A stretch of 64,000 bases of DNA from Octopus vulgaris (lineage: Eukaryota): the NCBI GenBank assembly GCA_951406725.2, contig OX597831.1:28272001-28336000 (forward strand), in the 5' to 3' direction. A model generated the notes under the pieces. The model worked only from the letters and a program-made list of their open reading frames with translations, ran no database searches and had not been told where the DNA came from. This document shows positions 1 to 12,130 of the stretch, in pieces (within the stretch, counting starts at the first letter, position 1; each line of letters begins with the position of its first letter). A program made the translations under genes and the position numbers.

Positions 1-210
1 GATGCTGATAAGTTCCTGGCTTTGGGTAAAAAATAATACAGGTGGATCAGTTAATTATGACTCCATTCAACATATTCCCCTCTCAGATTCCCACACTTAT
101 TGCAGTAGTCCTTCAGTTTCTGTAAGCCTTTTAAAAGAACTCAGAATGTTGGCCCTCCAACCTGTCCTTTTGTGATACCCTTAAAGGCAGGGACTTTTCA
201 GCACTCCCTC
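1..210. mobile_element. Mariner/Tc1-type MITE, left end cut by the window start
   Basis: Start GATGCTGATAAGTTCCTGGCTTT is an imperfect inverted repeat of AAAGGCAGGGACTTTTCAGCACTCCCTC (183-210). No ORF. Confidence 0.65.
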
Positions 211-230
211 ATATATTATTATATCTGTTA

Positions 231-645
231 TCTTTTTCTAGTTTCTGTCATTGAGCTGCAGCCATGCTAGGGTTCTACCTTGAAAGGTTTTTGCAAAGAA
301 ATTGACCCCAACACTTATATCTTTTAAAGTCTGGTACTTACTCTGTTGGGTCCCTTTTACCAAACTGCTGAGTTAAGGGGACTTAAACAAATCAAAATCG
401 TTTATCAACAAGCGACTGAGGAGAGACATAAACACAAAGACTCCCCACTTCCCCTCTCACATATATATGCATGTATTTATGCAAGGGGCTTCTTTCAGTT
501 TCTGCCTACCAGATCCACTCACAAGACTTTGGTCAAATCTGGGATTATAGTAGAAGACTCTTGCCCAGGTGCTGCACAGCAGGACTGAACCTGAAACCAC
601 ATAGTTGAGAAGCAAACTTCATACACACAGATATGTCTGTGTCTA
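231..645 (-). mobile_element. SINE family C, diverged copy
   Basis: Aligns by eye to the better-preserved copies at 28991-29452 and 27270-27927 (CTTGCCCAGGTGC, GGACTGAACC, CAAACTGCTGAGTT). Confidence 0.75.
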
Positions 646-1189
646 CATATATTGTATGCCATTACATATAACACATCATCATATGTAACACTATACACCA
701 TTGTATATAAGACATTGTGTACTTTAATATACACACATGTTTCTGTCCCTCTTTCTTACCTGAACCTCCCTTTACCTAATACCTCTCTCTCTCTCACACT
801 TTCTTACTCTTTCTCCCTCTTCCACTCCCACCTATCTCTCTCTTTCTCTTTTTCCAACATGAGTAGCCATGTATCCTCTCTATTGCAAGATACCTGTTTC
901 TGTCTCTCTGTCACACTGTAACTTCTCTTCACCTGGCATCTCTCTTTCTTTCTCTCTCTCTCTCTATCACACACACACACACACACACACTCATGTTTTT
1001 CTCCCCTCTCACTCTTTCTCTTCTCTATCTCTTACTCCTCCTCTCTCTCACCCCACCACACTTTACCCTTTCACTTTCCTCTCTCATTCTCTCCTCTCTC
1101 TCTCACACTTTGTCCTCTCTTTTACCCCCCTCCCTCTTTCCATCTAGAGTGGCCAGGTATCTCCTCTTCAGCTATGTCATACTCTTACC

Positions 1190-1472
1190 TTTCACCACCT
1201 GGCACAAAGTGATCTCCCTCAATACCACTTCCACTTAAGTGGTCTTTGTCTTGTAATCACTTGGTGACCTCACTGGTGCTGGTGCCACATAAAAAACTTG
1301 GCAGTACATTTTGCAAATTGGTTGGCATTAGGAATGGCATCCAGCCATAGAAATCATGCCAAAACATACCGTAGATCTTGGCACTGTCCTTTGACTCACC
1401 GATTCCTGTCAAACCATCCAACCCAGGCCAGAATGGAAAGTGGATGGTAAAAGATGATAATGATGATGATGA
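1190..1472 (+). mobile_element. SINE family D (GTTGGCATTAGGAATGGCATCCAGCC...CCAACCC...(GAT)n tail)
   Basis: Retroposon-type 3' end with a (GAT)n tail. A matching tail fragment occurs at about 15028-15080. Confidence 0.55.
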
Positions 1473-1974
1473 CAACAAGCTAAAAAGTATAGTTGACTCT
1501 AGCAAGATTTGAATTCACAGCATGCTTTATTTGGTGCTATATCATTGCAACTCTCACCACCCCTCTTTTGCTGTTAATTGTTATTGGAGTTCATGTAACT
1601 ATGGCAACTACTGTTGAAACTCTGTCATATGTTGACCCCCTTCTATTAGCTGCAGAACATTTTGTGCCTCCACGACTCTAAGTCTGATCAATAAAATCAA
1701 TTTGTAGTAGTTCAAGAGACCCCTGGGTGTTCTGGGTATTTATATCGTACACACCAATATGTCCACACTACCTTACCACCCCTCCTGTTAGCAGAGTGAG
1801 TGGTATAGTCCTCAGTAGGGCACAGACATGGAGCTATAGTGAACAGTGAATCATAGTCTGTCCTTTAGTTGATTTCTTGTGTTCCATAGGACTACTGGAT
1901 CAATGCTAGCCTTGGGCTATACAACAACAACAATAACAACAACTAACACATCAGTATCATTGGAGGATTATGAT

Positions 1975-2186
1975 CTTTTCTACTCTAGGCACAAGGCCTG
2001 AAATTTTGGGGGAGGGAGCCGGTCAATTAGACCACCTCAATATGCAACTGGTACTTAATTTATCGACCCCAAAAGGATGGAAGGCAAAGTTGACCTCGGT
2101 GGAATTTGAACTTAGAATATAAAAAGAGATGAAATACTGCTAAGCATTTTGCCCGTTGTGCTAACGTTTCTGCAAGATTGCCGCCT
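1975..2186 (-). mobile_element. SINE family B
   Basis: Reverse complement of the AGGCGGCGAGCTGGCAGAAACGTTAGC...GTCGACTTTGCCTTTCATCCTTTCGGGGTCGATAAATTAAGTACC consensus seen in many copies. Confidence 0.85.
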
Positions 2187-2210
2187 TTAAAGGATAAAAA
2201 TAGAAATAAT

Positions 2211-2430
2211 TCTTTTCTACTCTAGGCACAAGGCCCAAATTTTTTTGGGGGGTGCCAGTCGATTAGATCGCCCCCTCCCCCAGTATGCAACTGGTACTTA
2301 ATTTATTGACTCTGAAAGGATGAAAGGCAAAGTCGACCTCGGCAGAATTTGAACTCAGAACATAAAGACAGACGAAATACTGCTAAGCATTTCGCCTGGC
2401 ATGCTAATGTTTCTGCCAGCTCACTGCCTT
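2211..2430 (-). mobile_element. SINE family B, second adjacent copy
   Basis: Same consensus as 1975-2186. Confidence 0.85.
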
Positions 2431-2580
2431 ATTGCAGAATTATAATAAACAACTGGCCATTTGACATAGGAATCTTAGGTTCAAATTATATTGTGAGGAT
2501 TGTGTTGTTTCTCTAAGCAAAATATCTTATCCCTATTTGTCAAAACTTCTCAAAGGTTTCATGTTGATGGTGGAAATGTT

Positions 2581-3070
2581 TGGGGGTTTTATAGTTTTCC
2601 CGTTTTTGTTTAATTCTGCATCTGTAAGCTTGTGACTCAATCATGTGACTGATACATGTGACCTTGTCATACATCCTGGTACTTGTGATCTGACCATGTA
2701 ACTGGTACATATAACCGATTACACATGACCTGATCATGTGACCGTTACATGTGGTCTTGGGGTTTTTTAGTCTTCCCATTTTTGTTTAATTCTGCATCTA
2801 TAAGCTTGTGACTCAATCATGTGACTTCATCATGTGACTGATACATGTGACCTTGTCATACATCCTGGTACTTGTGATCTGACCATGTGACTGGTACATA
2901 TAACAGATTACATATGACCTGATCATGTGATCGTTACATGTGACCTGATCATGTGACTGATATGTTTGACCAAGTACCTATTACTTGAGCAAGTAACTGA
3001 TATACACAGTTGTATGGTCAGTACACATGACCTGATCATGTGACCTGGTACATGTGACTGACGCATGTGA
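2581..3070. repeat. Intronic tandem repeat rich in CATGTGA, including a ~180-bp direct duplication
   Basis: 2581-2760 is repeated at about 2761-2950. Many TCATGTGA/ACATGTGA motifs. Confidence 0.85.
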
Positions 3071-3203
3071 ACTAATACATAAGATACATATTGATGGTAG
3101 AGCACAAATGTGTTGCTATAATTGTTGTTCATAGAGCAAGTTTCTAGAATTTTCTTATCTAAATCATTTGTTTGTATTAATTATTTTTCTTATTCTATTT
3201 CAG

Positions 3204-4637
3204 ACGTTTCAGTGACACGGCAGAATGTGGTGGAGATGAAATGAGCACATTTACAGGGGAAACCAGTGACCGAGACTCATTAAACACAGAATTGTTCAAA
3301 CTTGATGCTCTCGTGCATCGAAGGAACCTGATGGCACGAACCTTTAACCCTGACAACACGTCGTCCAGCAGTGTTGAGTCAAGCAACTTTTACCCTAAGA
3401 CAGATATGCCGTTTTATGATCCTGATATGGTGCTGTCTTGCAGACAATTCAAACAAGATGACGAGGTGTCATCGCTGTACTCTCTCGATGAAGATGGTTT
3501 CTACACGTCATTCCACAGTGACAGTGGCTTAAAGGCAATGAAAGCCATGTCTAAAAATAGAATGTCAGAACTGTCAGAGATCTATTTGAAGTTGATAGGT
3601 AGATCGAAATGCCAGAACATTGGCGAAGCAACAGACAGGAATCCCATTATGGAAGATATATGCGACCAGGAACTGGAAGCACAAATGAGAGAAGAGCGAG
3701 ATCAAACACCAACGAGAGAGATGAACCCACCACGTCGCCTCTCTAGCCCAACAGAGAGTGAAACTAGTGACTCAACACTTACCAATACTTCCAATAGGAA
3801 TTCTTTGGTCACTGGCACCAGTGAATCAAATTACTCAGAGTCTGACCACGAGATTATCTACAAACATATAAAGAACATGACTGCTATTTCTCCAAAATCT
3901 TTTCCTTCATGGTGCATTGTTTCATCATCTGGAAGTGATGAAGATTCTTCGAATCAGCTTCATGTTGGTCAGAAAACAGGAAGCGATAGTTCCTCGTCGG
4001 GCAGCGGTCTTGTAGCTGAAGCCACTGCTTCTTCTAATACATCAGACACAAAAGATTCCGATGATGGAGGAAACACACTTCCTCGAAACTACTTAGCATC
4101 TGAGAAATGGAGTGTGAACCAAGACAAAACCGGGTCTTGGCCACGGACCCATAATAGTTCCAATGATGGCAAGAAACAAGGCATTTTGAAATCTTCATTC
4201 CGCAAAGATTCTAGTTCCAAAGCAAAGATGCCAAAGTCTCTAAATTTCTCTCCATATGTCAACATGCTTCCAGCCGGTGATCATCAGACTCACCATTGTC
4301 TCTTGTCTGATCTTTCTGTTACAAATAAGCATTATTCTTCATTACCAGAACATAATTCTTTCACATCTACATCTTCCGCATCTTCTACATCCAGTAGTAC
4401 AACTATTTGTAACGATGACACTAGTACTGTGGTAACAATGTCTGATAGTGACTTTGACTTTCTTCCAAGATATCCAGCACCGATATCCAGCACAACTCAT
4501 CAGAAATGTTTCACTACTGAAAGGGAACCCAGCACTAATGCCATCCATAATGAGACTTTGGTTTCATGCCAGAAGAACAATTCTTTAGGACCCCTAAAAA
4601 ACTCTGTCATTATTAGGAAACCTCTGGCTCAGCTTGC

Positions 4638-4671
<34 letters not shown>

Positions 4672-4919
4672 CAGTTTGGTGCCGTTAATGAAGAGATCAA
4701 TGTGAATGCAATCATGGAAAGCAACTCCAGTTTGAAACAGCAACTTCCTTCACCTGATTCAAGTCCACCATCAAGTCCTTATGCTGTGTCCTTCATTCCA
4801 AATGCTTTCACATCCTTTCCCAGTGCCAAAGACCACGTTTCCAAGAATTCCACATCTTTTGTTTTCAATAAACCTGATTTGCAAAAGTTACCAGTCAGTG
4901 AAACTGTGGTTATTAACAC

Positions 4920-4955
<36 letters not shown>

Positions 4956-6330
4956 CAACAACAGCCAAAGCAACAACAACAACAGCCAAAGCAACAACAA
5001 CAACAACATTGGTTTAACTGTGGAAAACAGTAGCAAAAGATTATCGTTTTCTACATTTACCATTCCACCATCAGATCAGGAAGCCAGTGAGAAGAAGAGT
5101 CCTACAGATAATAATCTTGCTGGGAGCTTCAGCAAAAAACTTAATTTGCTGCCAGATACAAGCCAATCCGACTCAGTTTCTGATCAATCAAAGCCAGAAT
5201 CCAGTGATTCCAGCAGCAAGCATAACTCTAGGAATGGTTCCTATCGTGTTGCTATGTATGAACAGCCTGAGGAAGAGCCAAAACGGTTGGATTCTTACAG
5301 ACTGGCCATTTCAGCATCCAATAAACTAACTGATGACGTAGTCACCCGGAATGGTTCTTATCGTGTTGCAGTACAAGACATCAATCAGAACAACAACAAC
5401 AACAACAGCAACAATATAGAGCCTACCAACAGGTCTGATTCTTATCGTGTTGCCATGAAGGTAGAAGCCAGTGACCGGCGCAGTAAATCATTCAATAAAG
5501 ATATCCGTAGACAAGGCATTACTGACATCAGTCAATTGAAGATGGATGGTGAGCAGCAGTTTGATAATTTTATAAGTTCTCCTGTACAAAAGTCTACAAG
5601 TTTCAGATCAAAGATGAACAGTGTGTTTGGTGGTAGCAAACCTGATTCTCAGACCTTAACCAAACCACAGAACTCAAAGAAAAAATATCCAAAAGGCAGC
5701 ACTTATTTGTCTGAAAGTACATCTCTGTCCACCTTGAAGAATTTGGGCAAAAAATCATCTTCGCCAAACCAAAGTACTGATCTGCATACTTTCAAAAAAC
5801 TTGTCTCTCAACAAACTCCATCGTCGTCTCCAAAAACCTCAGCTGTTGAAGTACTGAAGCGCAAACCTTCACCTCCTTTCTCGAAAGACGCATCGTCAGA
5901 AAGTGGTAACAGAAGTATTCTTGGAGGATTGTTCCAGAGACCATCATCATGGGGTGGAACCAGTAAAGTAAATCCCAAGATGTCAACTTACGTTAGTTTT
6001 GACACCATCTTTGAAGACAAAGAAATCCTCTCCAATGCCTCTTCGATAGAATCACTGAGATCACCTTCTCTCACATCAATTAAAAAAATTGGTGACCCAA
6101 ACAACTTACACACGGTCAAATTTAACCATGGGTTAAAAGCTGATCGCAAATCTTTGCTGGAAGTAAATAAACATCTGTCAGAAGAGGAGCAGAGAAATCG
6201 AAAGAAGCGTTTGGCAGGTACTGTAGATGAAAAAGCCGTCCAGTCAGTGCTGGACAGTATCAAGACAACCATAAGATCTATGACTTCAAGGTCAGACACC
6301 TCTTATAAACAACATTCTTCAGCAACTTGA
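3204..6330 (+). CDS. Large terminal coding exon of an NHS-like (Nance-Horan syndrome / NHSL / GUK-holder family) protein; upstream exons not identified in this window
   Basis: Polypyrimidine tract plus CAG acceptor ending at 3203. Frame is open through the track ORF 3241-6330 (1029 aa). Motif SSLYSLDEDGFYTSFHSDSGLK (3469-3534) matches, from recall, the conserved NHS/GUKH motif (S-x-D-x-E-G-Y-Y-T-S-x-H-x-D-x-G-L-K). Otherwise Ser-rich and disordered, with in-frame poly-Asn tracts. Confidence 0.8.
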
Positions 6331-7355
6331 TGTCTTTAAAAATCCAGGTTTTTAAAATATTTTTTTCTGTCCTGAAAGAAAGATCTGAAAAGATCTTAGT
6401 TCCTTCTAAGGAAGGCCTAACGGGAATATTTCTTCATTAAAAGAAGAAACTAGAGAGGTATTTCTATGGTAAAGAAACATCTAGAAAGATTCAAAGACGG
6501 TTTGTTTTTCTTCTTGCTCCATTGTTTGTTGCTTCCAGAAAGAAAGATCTTTCCAGAAGATGTGCTCTCCCTCTTTCCCACCTCCCTCTCCATTAACTTG
6601 TCATGCATGTCTTTTAACAATCGCCGCCACCTTTACCACCATCACTCTCATCATCACTGCCACTATCACCATCCTCATCCCTATCATCATCATAATCATC
6701 ATCTCAAATTTGGTTCAGTCTTGGTGCTGAATTCAAAGTATAACCAAAATACCGTCCCACTCCATCCTGTCTTTGATCCACCCAGAGTGACAATATTTTC
6801 ACAATAGTGAAGATTCACTCATTTATTTGAGTCATTGAAGACCCTACAATCAATGTGGGCTCCTGGTGAGCAAATTCATTGATAGGGTTTCAATTCTCAC
6901 TTGAAGCACAATGTTCCTTTTTTTTTTCCAGCTCATTTATGTCATTTAATGCTCTTAGGAAGGGCATGAGCACCTCATAAACTTCTTTCCCTCCTCCTCT
7001 GTAAACCCAAAGCTCTACTAACCTATAATATATAACAGAACCAATGCTTTACATATCATTTCTGCCCTCTCTCCCTGAATTCTGTGCACTGGGGTTGCAG
7101 TTTTTGTTTGGGGAAAATTCACTTCTCTTCCACTGCTAACACTCTTAGCATGACCATCACAAGTCTTGCAGCATTCCTTCTCTCTATCATTGTCCATTTG
7201 ATAAAAGGGAAACAAACACATTAAGTCACTGAGTTTTAGCTAAAATGAAGATGAAACAAGTAAAAAATAAATAAATATATATATTTGTGTGTGTATGTGT
7301 GTAAGTCATCTTAAAATCCATAAGTCTGGAAAAGAGAGCAGTTGCTATATTTCAT

Positions 7356-7463
7356 TCCATAATGGCTACCTCTGATGAGTGCAGGGTTACATAATTGGAG
7401 TCTTACCTAACACTCTGTTGAATCGCTAGCATGAAACCGACTGGTAAGATTGGCCGTAGTGGA
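7356..7463 (+). ncRNA. Type I hammerhead ribozyme motif, probably Penelope-derived
   Basis: CTGATGA 7372-7378. Stem II GTGC/GCAT around a long insert. GAAA 7433-7436. Stem III ACC-GACT-GGT. GUA cleavage triplet ending at 7446. Interrupted stem I TCCA..ATGGCTA.CT / AG..TGGCCGT..TGGA. Confidence 0.7.
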
Positions 7464-8419
7464 TATATAATAGTGTACACTTTCAGATGATAATACACAC
7501 AAACACACAATTTCAGTGTATTTTTACCATGGAGCAAGTAATTGTAACATACACGTCCTTGGTCACACACACAGTAGTACACCTAAGAATAGTAATAACA
7601 ATTTGAAGGTGCCACCTCAGTCCACGAGTTGTGAATAGCTGGCACCTACATTACACCAGCAGCAGCAGATGCTGTGTGACAAGTGTAATAATAATGATAA
7701 TATAAAAATAATAATAATAAGCCTGGTGTATCCTTATCAGCCGAGTATTTTATGATGTGTATATTGGGCTTCATATATATGTATCCCAGTGTCCCTGTGA
7801 TGGCATGTGCTGCTCTCTCACTCAATAATAATAATAATAATGATAATAATAAAGCCGGTAGATGAACTACAAAAGTGTCTTGTACACGGCTGCTTGTCCC
7901 CAAAGTATAATTTAAAAGACAGTTTATTGTCAGAAACTTGGGACCAGACCTTCTAGTATGACCCTCACTCCTGAGCCACAGATTTATCTTTGTCTGAGTT
8001 TCTGTGGTTGCTCAGTTTCCTAGAACAAGCAGTCAAATCTCCTTCCAGTTACATCATACACAGTGATTTAAATGATGTAGACTTATATAGCTGAACAGAC
8101 TGGATGGTCATCACAGGAAAGCCTTTCATCACCAGGTTTACCAGATCAGGACTGAACAACAGCGGTGGTAGTAGTAGTGGTGGTGGTGGTGGTGGTGGTG
8201 ATGGTGTTGTCATCTTCAATCTGGGTAAAACTAATTGTTCAAACAAAAACAAAAACAAACAAGTGTTATTATTTTCTTATTTATATTTGTATTTTTATTT
8301 CTTTGATTCAGTGATGGTTCATCTGTCCTCCAAAATGTTTTGTTGTGAAGTCCTAGAGATGATAATATGGACTGAGGCATAAATATGTACACCTACCTTT
8401 GTCAAACACTATGACATAT

Positions 8420-8882
8420 AAGTATATATATATATATACATATATATAAACATATAGTGTGTGTGTGTGTGTATATATATATGTGTGTGTGTGTATATAT
8501 ATATATATGTATATATATATATGTATGTATGTTTATATATATATGCATATATATATATATATATATATATATAAACACACACACACATATAATATATATA
8601 CGTTTACACGCACGTACACAAACATTTATATATATTATATATATATATTTATATATTATATATATATATACACACACATCTATATGTATATATTTACACA
8701 TTCACACGTATATACAAACACACACACACACACACATATATATGTGTATGTGTGTGTGTGTCTTACAGTAGGAAACTTGAAAACTTGGCAGTCACTGATC
8801 TACCCCCTGTCCTCTCTCCTTCTCCTCCCACTTCAGTTCAACAACTCTTTCTAAAATGGAATGGGAACATCATAAAGAAAAT

Positions 8883-8913
<31 letters not shown>

Positions 8914-8927
8914 TGATGATGATATAT

Positions 8928-8968
<41 letters not shown>

Positions 8969-9009
8969 TATGCATACACATACATACACATATACATACA
9001 TACACACAT

Positions 9010-9057
<48 letters not shown>

Positions 9058-9070
9058 TGTGTGTGTGTTT
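8420..9070. repeat. Compound (TA)n/(CA)n/(TG)n microsatellite field
   Basis: Direct reading. Confidence 0.95.
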
Positions 9071-9534
9071 ATTTTTATTAAAATGGAATGATGTTTGTGT
9101 TTTAATGAAATTAGAATTTCAAGATTCTTGAGGTGGAATAGAATTTAACAATGAAATACCAAAACTTGACCTTTTTAAAAAAAATTCTTTCTTTGTCCTC
9201 TCAGACATACAATCTAATTTCTGTTTTACAACCCCTGTTTGAACACAATATTTAGCCCCCAAAGACCATCATTTGATTCCTCGTTATAATCTAATGAATA
9301 TATTTCTAATTTAATGAAGGTTTATAATTAGTGCTGTGATATTTCTGTATAAAATATTTCAGGAGAATGTTGTGATAATAACCAAGCATGATCCCAAAAA
9401 TGAGGAAAGAAGCATGAATTCTTTTAGAACCTGGTTCCACAGTCTAATGTATTCACCCCTTTTGCATCTCCCAGTCAGCTTCTATTAATAAATAAATTGT
9501 CTGTCTGTTTGTCTACAGCATGTAGAAGCTTAGT

Positions 9535-9830
9535 AATGGGTTACCTTGTTTAACCAAGAATTGCTGTTTTTAACCAATGGTTATTGTATTTAACCAAGGG
9601 ACATCATGATCAACCAAGGCTTATTGTGTTTAACCAGAGGTAATTTTATTTAACTGGGTGTTATGTTTAACCAACTGTTATGTTTTAACCCATGGTTGTC
9701 ATGTTTAACAATGAGTTATCATGTTTAACCAAAAGCTATCATGTTTAATGAAGGATTATCATGTTTAACCAAGGGTTATGTTTAAACAGATCTTAATGCA
9801 TTTAACCAAAGGTTATCATGTTTAAGCATA
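9535..9830. repeat. ~20-bp minisatellite (TTATCATGTTTAACCAAGGG-like)
   Basis: Degenerate tandem units sharing TTAACCA. Confidence 0.85.
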
Positions 9831-10084
9831 AGGGGAAGTAATACAACCACAGCAACCATAGTCTGGGCTGTGTTTGTGTAGGGTGTGTCTGAATCTGTTG
9901 TGTTATAAATATGCATAGCAGAGTACATACACAAAACACTATACATTAAGGTTATATATATATATATATAATATAATATAAAATCTTATATATGTGTAAA
10001 GTGGCATGCACAAAACACTCAGCCGTAGAATGACTAACGTTTGCTAATTAATAATAATAATGATAATAATAATAATAATAATAA

Positions 10085-10320
10085 TGGTAGAGCATGCAAA
10101 GAGTAAAGGTTGTGCCTATAATAATTGGTGCGTTGGGAACAGTAAGCAAAGATATAGATAAATAATGGCCAAAGGAGATTGAAATAGAATGCCTGGTAGA
10201 ACTCCTACAGAAAGACCACTGAAAACTTGTGGATACTTAAGGTTATATGTAGTAACCTGCTACCCACACAAGTCCTACCGGGAATAAGACCAAACCTGAG
10301 CCAAACCAAAACAATAATAA
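10085..10320 (+). mobile_element. 3' fragment of an R4/Dong-type (restriction-like endonuclease) non-LTR element
   Basis: Translates KVVPIIIGALGTVSKD...ELLQK, the typical C-terminus of RLE elements. Flanked by (TAA)n. Confidence 0.7.
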
Positions 10321-10769
10321 TATGTGCACACACACACGTGTATATTTAAAATTGGTGTGTGTGTGTGGTGTGAGCATATTCTCACACTTATCTTAATTTA
10401 AGTATGACAATGATCAAAACCAATGATTACTTTTCATTGTTTGTGTTTTGTTATTGTTGGAGAATTATTCTAAAGAACTTTCTAGTTTGCAATCGTTGAG
10501 TTACAGTGCCAGCTTATATTAATTAGAGTAATCAGTATAATTAAGTATTTACACCTTCATGGCATTGTATCGTTGTTGATAAAAACACCATGTGTAGAAG
10601 TAATTATGTCAGTTTGTATGTAAGAGAAAGAGGAAAACTGATTATGTGTTCAGAACATGTATGTTTGTGTGTGTGTGTGTGAGTGCTTGGATATGTATGT
10701 TTGTCTGTCTGTGTGTATGCATATGTGTGGTTGTGTGTATGTATTTGGACGTGTGTGTGTGTGAGATAG

Positions 10770-11170
10770 TAAGGGCCACTATGACAACACTACACAGACA
10801 GTGGTGACTCCTGACTTCATTAACCACAAGGAAAACCTGGACACTGTACAAGAGACACAACAAAACTAGAAGCTTTCCACCCTTGAAAACTATGGCACAT
10901 ACTAAGGCCAGTGTGACCAACAATGAGGTCCCACTGTTAGGAGTTATTGATATATTGAAGATACGGCAGTTGAAGTGCAGCTGAGAGTGTTGGGTACGTT
11001 GTATGCATTTCTGACCTTCAATTTACTGAGGCAGTTTGCTGTAAAAGGAAACTAAAAGAAGCAATTTGGTGATTGCTTAGGGGTGTTTTGAAACTGGACA
11101 ATATCTGAGACCCTATGTGAAGAACTGGTGAAAGATCATCACACTGAGTGGCACTCACCCATAGCCAAAT
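10770..11170 (+). mobile_element. Highly decayed RTE-clade LINE C-terminal fragment
   Basis: Remnant motifs resembling ETWTLYKRH, VTNNEV and RQLxWxGHV across frameshifts. Confidence 0.5.
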
Positions 11171-11499
11171 GGTGTAACAACTATACATCATAGAGTTCTA
11201 TATCTAAGAGATGAAGAATTATGTACATTATTTACATTTAATGGATATTTGTCCTCATCTTGTTTGTTGTTAACTATTTATCAGTTACACATATATATGT
11301 GGTCCATGGAACTTTCTGGATGGCATATCTAACTTCATGAGGAAAATAATGTTTTTGTGTTAGTAGTGTGGTTTATCTGACGAAGAGCCATGTCTCATGT
11401 GGCCTGCTTTTCAGAAAAGGTTGTCCATGCCTGCTATAACATGCACACTGACTACAAGAAATGAATGGAAGAAAACTGATCTGCACTGCCAAAAAACTA

Positions 11500-12130
11500 G
11501 GTACAACAACCACCTCACAACCATCATGTGTCCCACATGTTCGATAACCACTAAGTTTCATAACAACCATGTATGTATGTCCTACATGTGAAGCAACCAT
11601 CAGCTTTCCTACATGTACAACAGTAATGAGCAACTTACAACTGGCCTGTATGTGCATCCTACATGTTCAGTAGTCATCAACTATGACAAGCACTGTGTAT
11701 GTCCTACATGTACAATATCTGACTTGGGATCACCATGTATGTACATCTTAAATGTCCAATAATCACTAACTGCCACAACCACCATGTGTGTGTTTCCTGC
11801 ATGTACGTCATCCACTAACTCACTACTGCCATGTGTCCCCCCCACATGTACAACAACAATCAGTTTGGAATCACCATGTATGTGTATCCTACATGTTCAG
11901 TAATCGCCAACTGCCACAACTACCATGTGTGTCCTACATGTATGTCATCCACTAACTAACAACTGCCATGTGTGTGTGTCCAACATGTAGAACAACCACC
12001 AACCCAGGATCATGTATGTGTATCCTACATGTTCAATAGCCATCAACCACCATGTCTGTGTCTCCAACATGTACAACAGCAACTAACTCAGGATCTCCAT
12101 GTTTGTGTGTCCCGCATGTACAGCAACATG
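11500..12130. repeat. ~40-45-bp degenerate minisatellite (CCATGTGTGTCCTACATGT core)
   Basis: Recurrent CCATGT...ACATGT units. Confidence 0.85.
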
